Shown piece by piece: positions 48,447-60,355 of a stretch of 64,000 nucleotides of DNA (within the stretch, counting starts at the first letter, position 1; every line of letters starts with the position of its first letter). The notes under the pieces were generated by a model, which was not told the origin of the DNA, did not search any database, and was given only the letters and a program-made list of their open reading frames with translations. This DNA comes from Felis catus (taxonomy: Eukaryota). The DNA is taken from assembly GCF_018350175.1 (NCBI RefSeq), contig NC_058383.1:5086001-5150000 (forward strand), read 5' to 3'. A program made the translations under genes and the position numbers.

Positions 48447-49451
48447 TTTTCAAGTTTCAAAGAAATTTTATTTTTATGTAATTAATGTTTTATTTTTAAA
48501 ATTTACATCCCAATTAGCATATAGTGCAACAATGATTTCAGGAGTAGATTCCTTAGCGCCCCTTTCCCATTTAGCCCACACCCCCTCCAGCAACCCTTTG
48601 TTTTTTCTCCATATTTAAGAGTCTCTTCTCTTTTTGTCTCCCTCACTGTTTTTATATTATTTTTGCTTCCCTTCCCTTATGTTCATCTGTTTTGTATTTT
48701 AAAGTCCTCATATGAGTGAAGTCGTAGGATATTTTCTTTCTCTGACTGATTTCACTTAACATAATACCCTCCGGTTCCATCCACGTAGTTGCATATGGCA
48801 GGATCTCATTCTTTTCGATGGCCGAGTAATACTCCATTGTATATATATATATGCCACATCTTCTTTATCCATTCATCCATCGATGGACATTGGGGCTCTT
48901 TCCATACTTTGGCTGTTGTTGATAGTGCTGCTATAACCATTGGGGTGCATGTGTCTCTTCGAAACAGCATATATGTGTCCCTTGAATAAATACCTAGTAG
49001 TGCAATTGCTAAATAGTAAGGTAGTTCTATTTTTAATTTTTTGAGGAACCTCCATACTGTTCTCCAGAGTGGCTGCACCAGTTTGCATTCCCACCAGCAA
49101 TGCAAAAGAGATCCTTTCTGTCCGCATCCTCGCCAACGTCTGTTGTTGCCTGAGTTGTTCATGTGAGCCATTCTGACAGATGTGAGGTGGTATCTCATTG
49201 TGGTTTTGATTTGTATTTCCCTGATCATGAGTGATGATGAGCATTTTTTCGTGTGTCAGTTGGCCATCTGGATGTCTTCTTTGGAGAAGTGTCTATTCAT
49301 GTCTTTTGCCCATTTCTTCACTGGATTATTTGTTTTTTGGGTGTTGAGTTTGATAAGTTCTTTATAGATTTTGGATACTAACCCTTTATTGGTTATGTTG
49401 TTTGCCAATATCTTCTCCCATTCCGTCGGTTGCCTTTTAATTTTGCTGATT
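48447..49451 (-). mobile_element. 5'-truncated carnivore/felid L1 (~1 kb)
   Basis: ORF2 C-terminal peptides ([15 protein letters not shown]...[11 protein letters not shown]...); 12-bp TSD agactactcttt at 48435-48446 and 49452-49463. Confidence 0.95.
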
Positions 49452-50150
49452 AGACTACTCTTTCTAATAGTTTATATGAAGAAAAAAGAGATTGAATGGG
49501 TTCCTTCAGAGGTGTCACCCAGTGCGGATGGGGTGGGAGAGATTTGAATGTGTTTATAGATTGATGGAATAGGAAAAGTTGAAGATCAAAGAGAGAAGGG
49601 GGTGTGGCTTGGGGTCAGGGATTTGGAGGAAGAAAGGAATGAAAGGCAAGAGCACAGGCTTGTAAGTGGTGAAAGTTGCCCACCTTTACCTGACTCCCTG
49701 GGAACTAGGGCTGCAGCGTAGTAAAACTACGTTAAAACGCTTTGGTTTTTGTAAACTAAGTATGGAGGGCTTGGAAATCAGGTTAAAATTTAGGCATTTG
49801 AAATTAAGTGAATGTGTGGAAGCTAGTCATTCTTTGTTTGATCTTGCTAAATAGATTAATGCTTGCATTAATTAGCACTGTCTTTTCCCTTTGGGAGTGT
49901 GAGTTTTGATTTAAAGTAAATTAAGAAGGATTGAGATTAAATTTTGACCTACCAAACTTAGTTTTGAAATAAAAGCCATGTCTTGGTTCTGTGATAGTTG
50001 AGCGTTTTACTGATGACCTTATCTCTACAGAGTTTTTTCTTTGTTTTTTGGTGGGGGGTAGAATGGTGTTTTATAAAGTGCTGGTTTGTGTGGTCAAGAG
50101 GAGAAGTGATAGAGTGAGCTGCTAATTACACGAAAAGAAGTGGCACTGAA

Positions 50151-50426
50151 CTGGACCCCCCTCCCTCCAACCATTTGAGTCCCCCCTCTCCCCAACCGCC
50201 TGGGTCCCCCCCTCCCTCCAACCACCTGGGTCCCCCACTTCCCCTCCAACCACCTGGGTCCCCCTCTCCCCCCAACCACCTGGGTCCCCCCCCAACCACC
50301 TGAGTCCCCCTCCCCTCCCAACCACCTGGGTCCCCCTCTTCCCCCAACCACCTGGCTCCCCCTCCCCCCAACCACCCGAGTCCCCCTCCCCTCCCAGCCA
50401 CCTGGGTTCCCCCCTCCCCCCAACCA
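50151..50426. repeat. C-rich minisatellite, ~10 units of ~26 bp (CCAACCACCTGGGTCCCCCTCCCCTC-like)
   Basis: Units start at about 50167, 50192, 50218, 50246, 50272, 50292, 50318, 50344, 50368, 50394 and 50420 (partial). Confidence 0.95.
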
Positions 50427-50636
50427 TCGAAGACTATCACTAGGCTCATCCCACTCACCAAGTGTTTTTGTTCACCTTCTTCCGCTTGTCTGAGTTTGCA
50501 CGTGTCTGGACTGCAGAAGGATGAGTCTGAAGAGTTAACTGTGGTCATCTCCATGTGCTGGGGTTGTAGCTGCTTTTTCTTTTGCTGCTTCCGGAGGGGC
50601 ATGTATTTTTGCTTTTTGTGCGATAGAAAAATTCTT

Positions 50637-50852
50637 TTTTTTTTTTTTTAATTTTCTTTATTTATTTTTGAGATAGAGACAGAACATGAGCAGGGAAGGG
50701 GCAGAGAGAGAGGGAGACACAGAATCGGAAGCAGGCTCCAGGCTCTGAGCCATCAACACAGAGCCCGATGCGGGGCTCGAACTCAACGGACCGTGAGATC
50801 GTGACCTGGGCTGAAGTCGGACGCTCAACAGACTGAGCCACCCAGGCGCCCC
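50637..50852 (-). mobile_element. CAN-SINE (SINEC_Fc)
   Basis: Full length; TSD tagaaaa(a)ttcttt. Confidence 0.92.
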
Positions 50853-51272
50853 TAGAAAAATTCTTTAAAAAATAAACAGGGTAGAGTTGTGAATCAGTGA
50901 GAAACATGTGTGGAAACTGAAAAGACTATATTTGCATCAAAACTCGCAGGTTTTGATGATGTGACTGCTGTGATCACACACATTAGCTGCTGTTGCAGTT
51001 TTGGAGAATAACTTGTGTCTAAGTGTCTATAGCTAACCTCCATACCAGCGAGGAAGTGGAATATCCTTACTTTGGCTTACTTCCAATAGTGAAGGAGAAA
51101 ATGACTTGCCTATCAGTAAAGGCTGCCAGCAGGTGTTTAGTTTGTGTTAAATTTATTATTTACTGATTCATTGACTGCTAAGAGCAAGCCAGCCAGACTG
51201 TTCTGTGGAACTACTTTTTAGAATGTTCTTTTGTCATATCCGTTGTGTTGTCAAATAAAAACCATTACTGGA

Positions 51273-51393
51273 GGGGCGCCTGGGTGGCTCAGTCAGTTAC
51301 GCGTCTGACTCTTGGTTTCTGCTCAGGTCGTGATCTCATGGTTCTTGAGTTCGAGCCCTACATCGGGCTCTGTGCCTGATGGTTAAAAAAATT
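51273..51393 (+). mobile_element. CAN-SINE, 5' half only
   Basis: Head through gggctctgtgcctga, then a short A tail; TSD aaccattactgga at 51260-51272 and 51394-51406. Confidence 0.88.
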
Positions 51394-51424
51394 AACCATT
51401 ACTGGACATGTGGAACCTTTCTTT

Positions 51425-51639
51425 TTTTTTTTTTTTTTAACGTTTATTTATTTTTGAGACAGAGAGAGATAGAGCATGAACGGGGGAGGGTCAGAGAGAG
51501 GGAGACACAGAATCTGAAACAGGCTCCAGGCTCTGAGCGGTCAGCACAGAGCCCGATGCAGGGCTCGAACTCCCAGACCGTGAGATCGTGACCTGAGCCG
51601 AAGTCGGACGCTTAACTGACTGAGCCATCCAGGTGGCCC
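51425..51639 (-). mobile_element. CAN-SINE (SINEC_Fc)
   Basis: TSD tggaacctttcttt at 51411-51424 and 51640-51653. Confidence 0.93.
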
Positions 51640-52971
51640 TGGAACCTTTCTTTATCATGGTGAAATATATCTGATGAACTGGTTGAGGTTAAGAGTCAGC
51701 AGCGCGTCATAGAACTACTTGCCTGGGCTGCTGCTCGTCGACAGGCTGAAATGAAATGGTCAGTGAATCCTCTGGGTCAGTGGATGTCATCGTGACGGGT
51801 GTAGCTGAAGAAAGCAGGGCGCTTGCCGTGTGCAGCACGGAGACCGTGGTTGGGCGCTCTCGCCTTGTTCCATCTGATGTTCCGTTTTTAGGATGAGGAA
51901 GTCCTGATACTCAGTGTAGATGGACCTTGATATTTCTGTCTTCGAAAGTCTGGCTGGTGTTTCATTAGCACCCTGACCGATCCCATCAGAGGCTCTGATG
52001 AGCCCCCTGGCAGAAAGGACCACGTTCTCTGTTCTTGAGCCAGCGGCTCTTCTCCCTCCCCTTGTTGCTTTTCTCTGGATGGCTCACAGGGCCTGTGTGA
52101 CTGGAGACAGAGTGTACCAGTTCTTTCTGGTCACCAAGGTGGAGAGGACACCTAGTATTTTTCCTTAGGTGGTATAAATGCGTTGAAAAACTTTAAATTT
52201 GAATTACAGATGCACTGAAGTTTGCAAAGATAGTACAGAAAGGTCTCACTTGCTCTCACCCACTTCTTTTCGTTGGTTATGTCTCACGTAACTGTAATCT
52301 GGTATCGAAATCAGGACATTGACATTGGGGCAATGTGGGTGCATAGTTGTGTATCAGCTTATCACTCCTGTAGATTCACGTGACCAGTACTGCGATCAAG
52401 ATACAAAACTCCTCTGTCACCACAAAGATCTCCATCTGTCTCCTGCTACCCCATTTACAGTCACACCTGCTGTCCCTGCTCCCAAACCATCCTTAAGGCG
52501 GGGCAATGACTAATCTGTGTCCCATCTCCATAATTTTGTCATTTCAAGAGTCTTACGTAAGTGAAGTCATACAGTTCCCTGCCCCCGCACCCCCCCCCCA
52601 CCTCAGTAGAATGCCCTTGAGACCCATCCAGTTGTTGCATGTATCAGTAGTTCATTCATTTTTATTGCAAAGTAATATTTCAAGGTCTGGATGTGCGACA
52701 GTTGATTCACTTACCTGTCTGATGCTTGGGTTGTTTCTGGTTTGGGGATAGAAGTAAAACTGTTGCAAACATTTGCGTATAGGTTTTTGCATGGACATCA
52801 TTTTTAAACTTCTCTGGGATAAATGTCCAGGAGTGATATTCCTGGGTCCTTTAGTAAGTGTATGTGTAGTTTTGTAAGAAACCACCAAACTGTCTCCCGC
52901 AGAGCTTTACCATTTTACATCGTCTTTAACAATGTTTGAGAGATCCAGGTTCCCCTCAGATTCTCTGTTGC

Positions 52972-53325
52972 TTTTTTTTTTTTTTAATTTTTTTTTCAAC
53001 GTTTTTATTTATTTTTGGGACAGAGAGAGACAGAGCATGAACGGGGGAGGGGCAGAGAGAGAGGGAGACACAGAATCAGAAACAGGCTCCAGGCTCCGAG
53101 CCATCAGCCCAGAGCCCGACGCGGGGCTCGAACTCACGGACCGCGAGATCGTGACCTGGCTGAAGTCGGACGCTTAACCGACTGCGCCACCCAGGCGCCC
53201 CGCTTTTTTTTTTTTTTAATGTTTGTTTATTTAAGAGGGGCAGGGATCCGAAGCAGTCTCCACGCTCACATCATGAGAGCCCGATACCAAGAGCCGGATG
53301 CTTAACTGAGCCACACATCTGCCCC
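52972..53325 (-). mobile_element. Young SINEC_Fc (52972-53200) plus an adjacent partial SINE (53204-53325)
   Basis: CpG-rich intact body ...gacgcttaaccgactgcgccacccaggcgcccc. Confidence 0.93.
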
Positions 53326-53771
53326 TGTGTTGCTCTTTTTTATGTTGGCTGTGGTCTTCACCTGCATTTTCGAATGACTCATGCTGCGGAACGCCTTGTC
53401 CTGTACTCATTTGCCATCTGTAGACCCTCTTCGATGAGCTGTTTCTTCATAGGCGCTGTCTGTTTTGTAATTGGCCTGTTTGCTCTTTACCGTTGAATTT
53501 TCAGAGTCCTTAATACATTCTAGATGGGAGCCCTTTATCAGATGTGTGGCTTATAAATATTTCTCCCAGTTGGTAGCCTGCTTTGTCATTCTCTTAGCAG
53601 GGTCTTCTGCAGAGGAAAGGTTTTTTAGTTTCATTCTTCTACGGTTGATGCTTCTGGTGTCATGTTTAAGAACTCTTTACTAAGATCTAGCTCCTCAAAG
53701 GTTTTCTCTTTGTCTTTGAAAAGTTGTATAGTTTTACGTTTGACATTTAAATCTATGATCCATTTTGAGTT

Positions 53772-54250
53772 AATTTATTTTTGTTTGTTTATTTTGAGAG
53801 AGAGAGAGAGAATGAATGAATGAATGAATGAATGTGATCAGGAGAAGGGGGAGAGAAAATCCCAGGCACGCTCTGCTCTGTGAGTGTGGAGCCTGACTCG
53901 GGGCTTGATCCCGTGAACCTGTGAGATCATGACCTGAGCTGAAATCAAGAGTCAGACAGTTAACTGGTTGAGCCACCTAGGTGCACCTAAGTTAATTAAA
54001 AAACATTTTTTTTAAATTGTTTATTCCTTTTATGAGAGAGAGAGAGAGAGAGAGAGGGAGGAAGTGAAGGAGGCAGAGAGAGCATGAGCAGGGGAGGGGC
54101 AGAGAGAGAGAGAAGACACAGAATCTGAAACAGGCTCCAGGCTCTGAACTGTCAGTATAGACCCTGACGTGAGGCTCAAACCCATGAACCATGAGATCAT
54201 GACCTCAGCCGAAGTCAGATGCTTGACAGACCGAGGCACCCAGGTGCCCC
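53772..54250 (-). mobile_element. Two tandem CAN-SINEs (53772-53987, 53998-54250)
   Basis: Two heads; repeat taagttaatt at 53988 and 54251; (GAAT)n inside the first. Confidence 0.9.
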
Positions 54251-54889
54251 TAAGTTAATTTTTATATAAAGCGTGAAGGTTAGGTCAAGGCTCATTATTT
54301 TGCCCATGAATATCCATATGTAGTTATTTGAGCCTCATTTGTTGCAAAGCCTGTCATCCTCTGCAGAACTGCTCTTGTACCTTTGTCAAAAAGGAGAGGG
54401 CTGTGTGAGAGGCTCTTTGGAGGTCTGAGTGTTTGTCCCATTTAGTCTTTTCCAAAATTGTTCTTAGCTATTCTGATTTGACTTGTCATATAAGTTGTAG
54501 GATAGCCTTCACTATATACATATATATTTACTATATATATATATATAATCTCAATAAAAAAATCTTGCTAGGATTGCGATAGGAACTACACTAAACATAT
54601 GTGTCAATTGGGGAGAAATTGACCTCTTTACTGTGGTGAATCTTCCATTACCTGAACACAGTATGTCTCTCCATTTACTTAGATTTTTAATTTCATTCAT
54701 CAGTGTTTTGTGGCTTTCAGCATATGAGTCCTGTACATGTTTTATTAGATTTACACCCAACTTTGGTTTTTGAGCGATGGGGTAACGTTAAAATTTTGTC
54801 TATCACATGTTCATTGCTAGTACAGAGAAGCACAATGTTGATCTTATATCTTGCATTTCTGTTGAACTTTCAAGTTTTAGAAGATTTTT

Positions 54890-55088
54890 TAAAATTTATT
54901 TTGAGAGAGAGAGAGAGCAAAAGCACAAGTTGAGGAGGAGTAGAGAGAGAGTGGGGGAGAGAGAGAATCCCAAGCAGCCTCAGCATTGTCAGGGCAGAGC
55001 CGGATGTAGGACTCGAACCCAATGAATCCGTGAGATCATGATCTGAGCTTAAGTCAGATATGTAACTGACTTAGCTGCCCAGGCGCCC
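54890..55088 (-). mobile_element. CAN-SINE
   Basis: TSD aagtttt(a/g)gaagattttt. Confidence 0.9.
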
Positions 55089-55960
55089 TAAGTTTTGGAA
55101 GATTTTTTGTTAGGTTCCTTGGACTATTATATAACCTGCAAATAGGGATACTTTTATTTCTTCCTTGAGATTTCTGTATAGTGATTTTTACAACCGTATT
55201 CATGAGAAACAGTTTGCTGATAATTTACTTTTTTGTATTATCTTAGTTTCGTTTTGGTATTAGGGTTAATACTAGCTTCATAAAATGAACTGGGAAGTAA
55301 GTGTTCCTTCCTGTTCTCTGTTTTTGAAGAGATTATATAGAATTGGTGTTAATTCTTTAAACCTTTGGAAGAACTCTCCAGTGAAACCACGTGAACTTAG
55401 AGATCTGTTTTTTTGTTTTGTTTTGTTTTAAATTACAGGTTGAATTTCCTTGATTGTTACTGGCGCTTCAAATTATCTACTTAATTTGCGATGAGTGGTA
55501 ATAGTTTCTGGTCTTTGAGAAATTGATGCATTTCATCTTAGTGTAGTTTATAGCGTTTCTTTATCCTGTTGATGTCTGGAGGCACAGTCGTGATGGCCCT
55601 GTCTCACTCCTCACGGTGTTAGTTTATATCTTTTCTTTAGGGTTGTCAGCTTTATGTATTTACTCATGGAACCAATTTTGTGTTTCCTTGATATTTCTCC
55701 GTTGTTTTCTCATTTCAGTTTCATTGACTCCTGTTCCTTATTACCTCCTTCCTTCTGCTTGCCTTCAGTTTATTTTGTTCTCTTTTAGTTGTTCTTGAGA
55801 TGGGAACTTAGATTATTCATTTGGTACTTTTCCTCTTTCCTAATGTCAGTATTTTAGTGCTATACATTTTCCTCTCAGCACTCATTGATGTGAGTGCTTC
55901 ATTGATGCCCCACAAATGTTCATGTGTTGTATTTTCATTTTCACTCAGTTCAGTGTATTT

Positions 55961-56137
55961 TTTTTAAATACTATTTTGGGGGGGAGCGCAAGCAGGGAAG
56001 GGGCAGAAAGATGGGGACAGAGGATCTGAAGCGGGCTCTGCATTGATAGGCTGACGGCAGTGAGCCCGACGTGGGGCTCGAACTCACAGACGTGAGCCGA
56101 AGTTAGACACTCAACCAACTGAGCCACCCAGGTGCCG
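55961..56137 (-). mobile_element. CAN-SINE
   Basis: TSD ttcagtgtattt. Confidence 0.88.
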
Positions 56138-56359
56138 CATTCAGTGTATTTATTTTTTAATTTCCCCTGGGATTTCCCATGTATTCCATGGATTAACTAA
56201 AAGTGTGTTTAGCTTCCTGGGATTGGGAGACTTTCCCGTTATCTGTTACTGATTTCCAATTTGATTCCGTTGTCATTAGAGAACCCGCTCTGATTTCCAT
56301 TCTTTTAAATTTATTGAGGTTTGTTTTGTGCACCAGCATATGATCTGTCTTAGCCCTTG

Positions 56360-58445
56360 TGTTTAATTTATATTGGATTAGGTCCTGGGTATGGAGGAGG
56401 GGACGGTATACATCCTACCAAAGATTCACATCTATCCCACATGCAAAATACATTTGTCCTACGCTGACATGCCCTGAAGTCTCCACCCATCACAGCATCA
56501 AGTCAGAGTCGAAAATCTCACCTAAATGTCATCAGCTCAACCAGACATGGGTAAGAGTCTGGGTGTGATCCGTTTGAGGCAAAATTCCTCTCCATCTGTG
56601 GATCTGTAAAGTTAAAACCAGATTATCTGTTCCCCAAATACAATGGCGGGCAGGCACAGGATCGCAGGTATAGATATTCCCATTCCAAAAAGGAGAAAGA
56701 TGAGAGAAAGAGGGAGCAAAGAACAGAAGGAGAGGAGAAAGAGATAAGAGAGAGAAGAAAGGAAGAAGGAAAGTCACTGGTTCCAAGCGATTTCAAGATT
56801 CACCTCGGCAAACTCACTAGATCTCAAGGCCCAGAAGTAACCTGTGGGCCCGCGGCTTCCCTCCGTGTCGTGTTCTTTCTCTCGAGGGTAGTGCACGTGA
56901 GCACCGAGTAGTTGAATCAGCCTGTTTGCCGTCTGTAGAACTGGGCAAATCTGACCGCTTTCTCTCATTCTCTCTCTTTTTTGTTCCAAGCTGGCAGTTT
57001 TTCTGGGGGTGTTAACTTTCTCGAAGACCTGTGGGTCTCCTGGGTATTTCACACGGCTTTACTCCAGCAGACGCAAGGGTCCTCGGTGGGTCTTTCCTGT
57101 GTCATCTCGTCTGTGTTCCCGGCTTCTGCCAAGGTAGTTGAAAGGATCTACGAGGGACAGGCTCACTCTCGCCACAGAGCCTTCTGTGTGAACGAGTAGA
57201 GTATTCCGTCCTTTGAGAGCCCCTGAGAGATGTTAGCTGGCCACACCCTTGGCTTTGTCTTCAGAGCGCGTTCCCCACATCACCAGGCCCTGGTTCCTTT
57301 TTGCCTCACAGTGTTGTCCTCAACGTGTGTCTTCCCCCTTGCGTTTCTCCACAAGCAGCAGGAAGAACCAGGCTGCACCTTCAGCCATTTGCTGGGAAAT
57401 CACCTCAGTTAAATATCCAAGTTCATTGTGACGAGTTCTGCTTTCCACCGACTCACAGGGTGTTGTTCAGCTTGGTGCCTCCTTTGTCCCTGAGCCCTCG
57501 CTGCCCTGCCGGTGCGGTCACGCCCTCTCTCTACCAGTGGCCTTTGATGGTTGAGGTGCTCCCTGACCACACAGCCCTTGTCTGCTGTGCTCCTCGCTTC
57601 CTGAGTCCTCAGTGGCGAGGTCTGCAGCACCCACATTTCTACTCGCCCTTGTTTAAGGCAGTCCAGGCCTTTGCTGTCCTTCAGCTCGAGAGTCCCTTCC
57701 ACATTTTGGGGTATTTGTCACAGCACTGCCCAACTTCCAGGTACTGGAATCTGCACTTATAATGGACTTGCTGGCTGAACACAACAAATCTTTGCCGTGG
57801 TGCACTCCTGGAGGTCAGAAGTCTACAGTCAGGGGCGCCTGGGTGGCTCAGTTGGTTGAGCGTCCGACTGCGGCTCAGGTCATGATCTTGCAGTTCGTGG
57901 GTTCAAGCCCCGCAACGGGCTCTGTGCTGGCAGCTCGGAGCCTGGAGCCTGCTTCGGATTCTGTGTCTCCCTCTCTCTCTGCCCCTCCCCTGCTCATGCT
58001 CTGTCTCTCTTTCTCTCTCTCAAAAATGAATGAACGTTAAAAAAAAAAAAAAAAAAAAAAAGTCTGCAGTCACTTTACCGGGCCAGATATAGGTGGCAGC
58101 TGGGCTGGGCCCCCTTCGGAAGCTCTAAGGGAGAATCAGTTTTCTTTTCTTTCTTTCTTTTTCCCAACGCGGCTCATGCTCTTTTCCTATCTTCCAAGTC
58201 AACGTCCTTGAATCTTGCTTCCATGATCCCAATGCCTTCCCTGCATCAAATGTCCCCTGCCTGCCTTAAGGAAGGGCACTTGTGATGGCAGTTGAGTGCC
58301 CCTTCTGCACTGATCCAAGCCAGCCTTCTACCTCAGGATCTTAAATTGTATATACAAAGTCCCTTGTGTCATATGAGGTAATATTCCCAAGGTTTAGGGA
58401 TTAGGACCTGGATTTGGGGAGTGGAGGGCATTATTCAGCCTACTA
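56360..58445 (-). mobile_element. MaLR (MLT/MST-type) internal segment plus LTR
   Basis: gaggcaaaattcctctccatctgtggatctgtaaa...ccaaatacaatgg...attcccattccaaaaaggagaaa (MaLR internal); LTR end ttaggacctggatttgggg...cattattcagcctacta. Confidence 0.65.
57832..58059 (+). mobile_element. CAN-SINE with long poly(A), inside the MaLR LTR
   Basis: TSD aagtct(a/g)cagtca at 57819-57831 and 58060-58072. Confidence 0.93.
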
Positions 58446-58629
58446 GAATGTTCTGTGGGTTCTTGAAAGAATGAGTTTTGTACTGTCGCCTGGTAGAGCG
58501 TCGTGCAGAGTCAGGCCTTGTTGGTTGATGATGTTGAATGTTTCTGTATCCTTGCCCATTTTCTGTCTGGTTGTTGAGGGAAGGGGATTGACATCTGCCA
58601 CTAAAATTGTTGATTGGTCTATGTCTCCT

Positions 58630-58810
58630 GTTGTTTAGTTTTGAGAGAGAGGGAGTGGGACATGGGTAGAGGGAGAGAGAGAATCCCAAGCAGGCTCCGC
58701 ACTGCCAGCGCAGAGCCTGATGCAGGGCTTGAACTCAAGAACTCTGAGATGATGATCTGAGCCGAAATCAAGTGTCAGTCGCTTAACCGACTGAGCCACC
58801 CAGGTGCCCC
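58630..58810 (-). mobile_element. CAN-SINE
   Basis: Body and head ...gagccacccaggtgcccc. Confidence 0.9.
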
Positions 58811-58977
58811 TCTCTAGTTCTGATGTTGTTGGAGCCACACATCGTGCAACTGTGCTGTTTGTTGCCTACGCATTTGGGATGGCTTTGTCCTGATGGATTG
58901 ACCCTTCCATCATGATAGAATGTCCCTGTCTCTGGTGATTTTCTTTGTTGTGAAGTCTCCGATGTCTGAGAGCGATA

Positions 58978-59471
58978 CAGACAATCCCTAACTTTCTATG
59001 GTTGGATGTGCTTGTTTGTTACCTTGCCATGGCGTGAAAGTGATATGCATTCAGGAGAAAGCATACTTCAGAATTCTGAATTTTGATCTTTCCCAGGCTA
59101 GTGTTTTATAGCACGACGTTCTTTCGTGGTGCTGGACAATGGCGGCCATGCGATACCGTAGGTAGAGGACCGAAACACTGACGGCCATTCTGTAGCCATA
59201 TAACCATCCTGTTTTCCTCTCTCGGTACAGTGTTCAATTATGTTAACGTGAGACATTCAGCACTTTGTTAGAAAACAGGCTTGGTGTTAGATGACTTGAC
59301 CCATCTGCAGGCCAATGTAAGTGTTCTGGGCACATTTAAGGTGGGCTGGGCTCAGTGATGATCAGAAGGCATGGTAGGTTGGGTGCATTAAATGTATTTT
59401 CGACATACGATTTTTTCAACTTACCATGGGTTTATTGGGACCAAAAATCATCCCAAGTCAAGGGAGATCTG
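58978..59471. mobile_element. MER47/Tigger-like TcMar non-autonomous DNA transposon
   Basis: TA|CAGA... and ...TCTG|TA ends (TA duplication); internal text matches recalled MER47 (taagtgttctgggcacatttaaggt..., ttttcaacttaccatgggtttattgggac). Confidence 0.75.
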
Positions 59472-59525
59472 TATAGCCACTCCTGTTTTCTTTTGCTTAA
59501 TAAGCATGATTTGTCTTTTTCCATT

Positions 59526-59739
59526 CTTTTTTTTATTTTATTTTTTATGTTTTACTTTATATTAGAGAGAGCGCGTATGAACGTGAGCAGGGGAAGGGCG
59601 GAGAGACGGAGACAAAATTTGAAGCAGGCTCCAGGCTCCAAGGTGTCAGTACAGAGCTCGACCTGGGACTTGCACTCCCAGTGAGATCATGACCTGAGCC
59701 GAATTCAGACGTTAAACCGACTGAGCCACCCAGGCGCCC
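59526..59739 (-). mobile_element. CAN-SINE
   Basis: Body and head ...gagccacccaggcgccc. Confidence 0.9.
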
Positions 59740-60177
59740 TCCCCCCCCCAATTCTTTGACTTTTAACCTACATTTATCATCGTGTTTGAAATGTCTTGTA
59801 GCCCCCATGTAGTTTGGTCATTAAAAAAAAAAGCTGCCAATCTATGTCTTTTAATTGGTCTTTTATGTTGAAGGTGATTATTAATGTATCAGGACATAAG
59901 TTGTCATTTCCCTTTTTTTTTTTCCTGGTCCTCCTCTCTTTCTTATTTCTCTGAATTTCTTCCTGTTAGTTACTTGAACATTTTTTTAAGAATTCCAGTT
60001 TGACATAGGCATATTGTCTTTGAGGGTATCTGTTTGTGTAGTCCTTGTGTGTGTGGTTGCTCAAGGGTGTTTGCATGTATATATGCTACGTATATAAAAT
60101 ACGTAAATATTTAAGTCTCTTTATATAATTAGAGTTTGCTGGGGTCATCATTTCATCAGTTCAAATGAAACGGAAAC

Positions 60178-60355
60178 TTTTTTTTTAAAGTTTATTTTCG
60201 AGAGAGAGTGGGCACACAAGCAAGGGAGGAACAGAGAGAAGGAGAGATGGAATCCCAAGCAGGCTCTGCACCATCAGCCCAGAGCCCGATGTGGGGCTTG
60301 AACTTACAAACCGACAGGAAACCAAAAGTGGGAAGCTCAACAGACTGTGCCCCCC
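60178..60355 (-). mobile_element. CAN-SINE (degenerate head)
   Basis: gaatcccaagcaggctctgcaccatcagcccagagcccgatgtggggcttgaact. Confidence 0.8.

Noticed and set aside
50151..50426. Repeat with variable linkers superficially like a CRISPR array; Gly/Trp-rich ORFs over it
   Set aside because: The linkers are short C/T homopolymer variants rather than unique spacers, the context is mammalian with no cas genes, and the ORFs simply translate the minisatellite.
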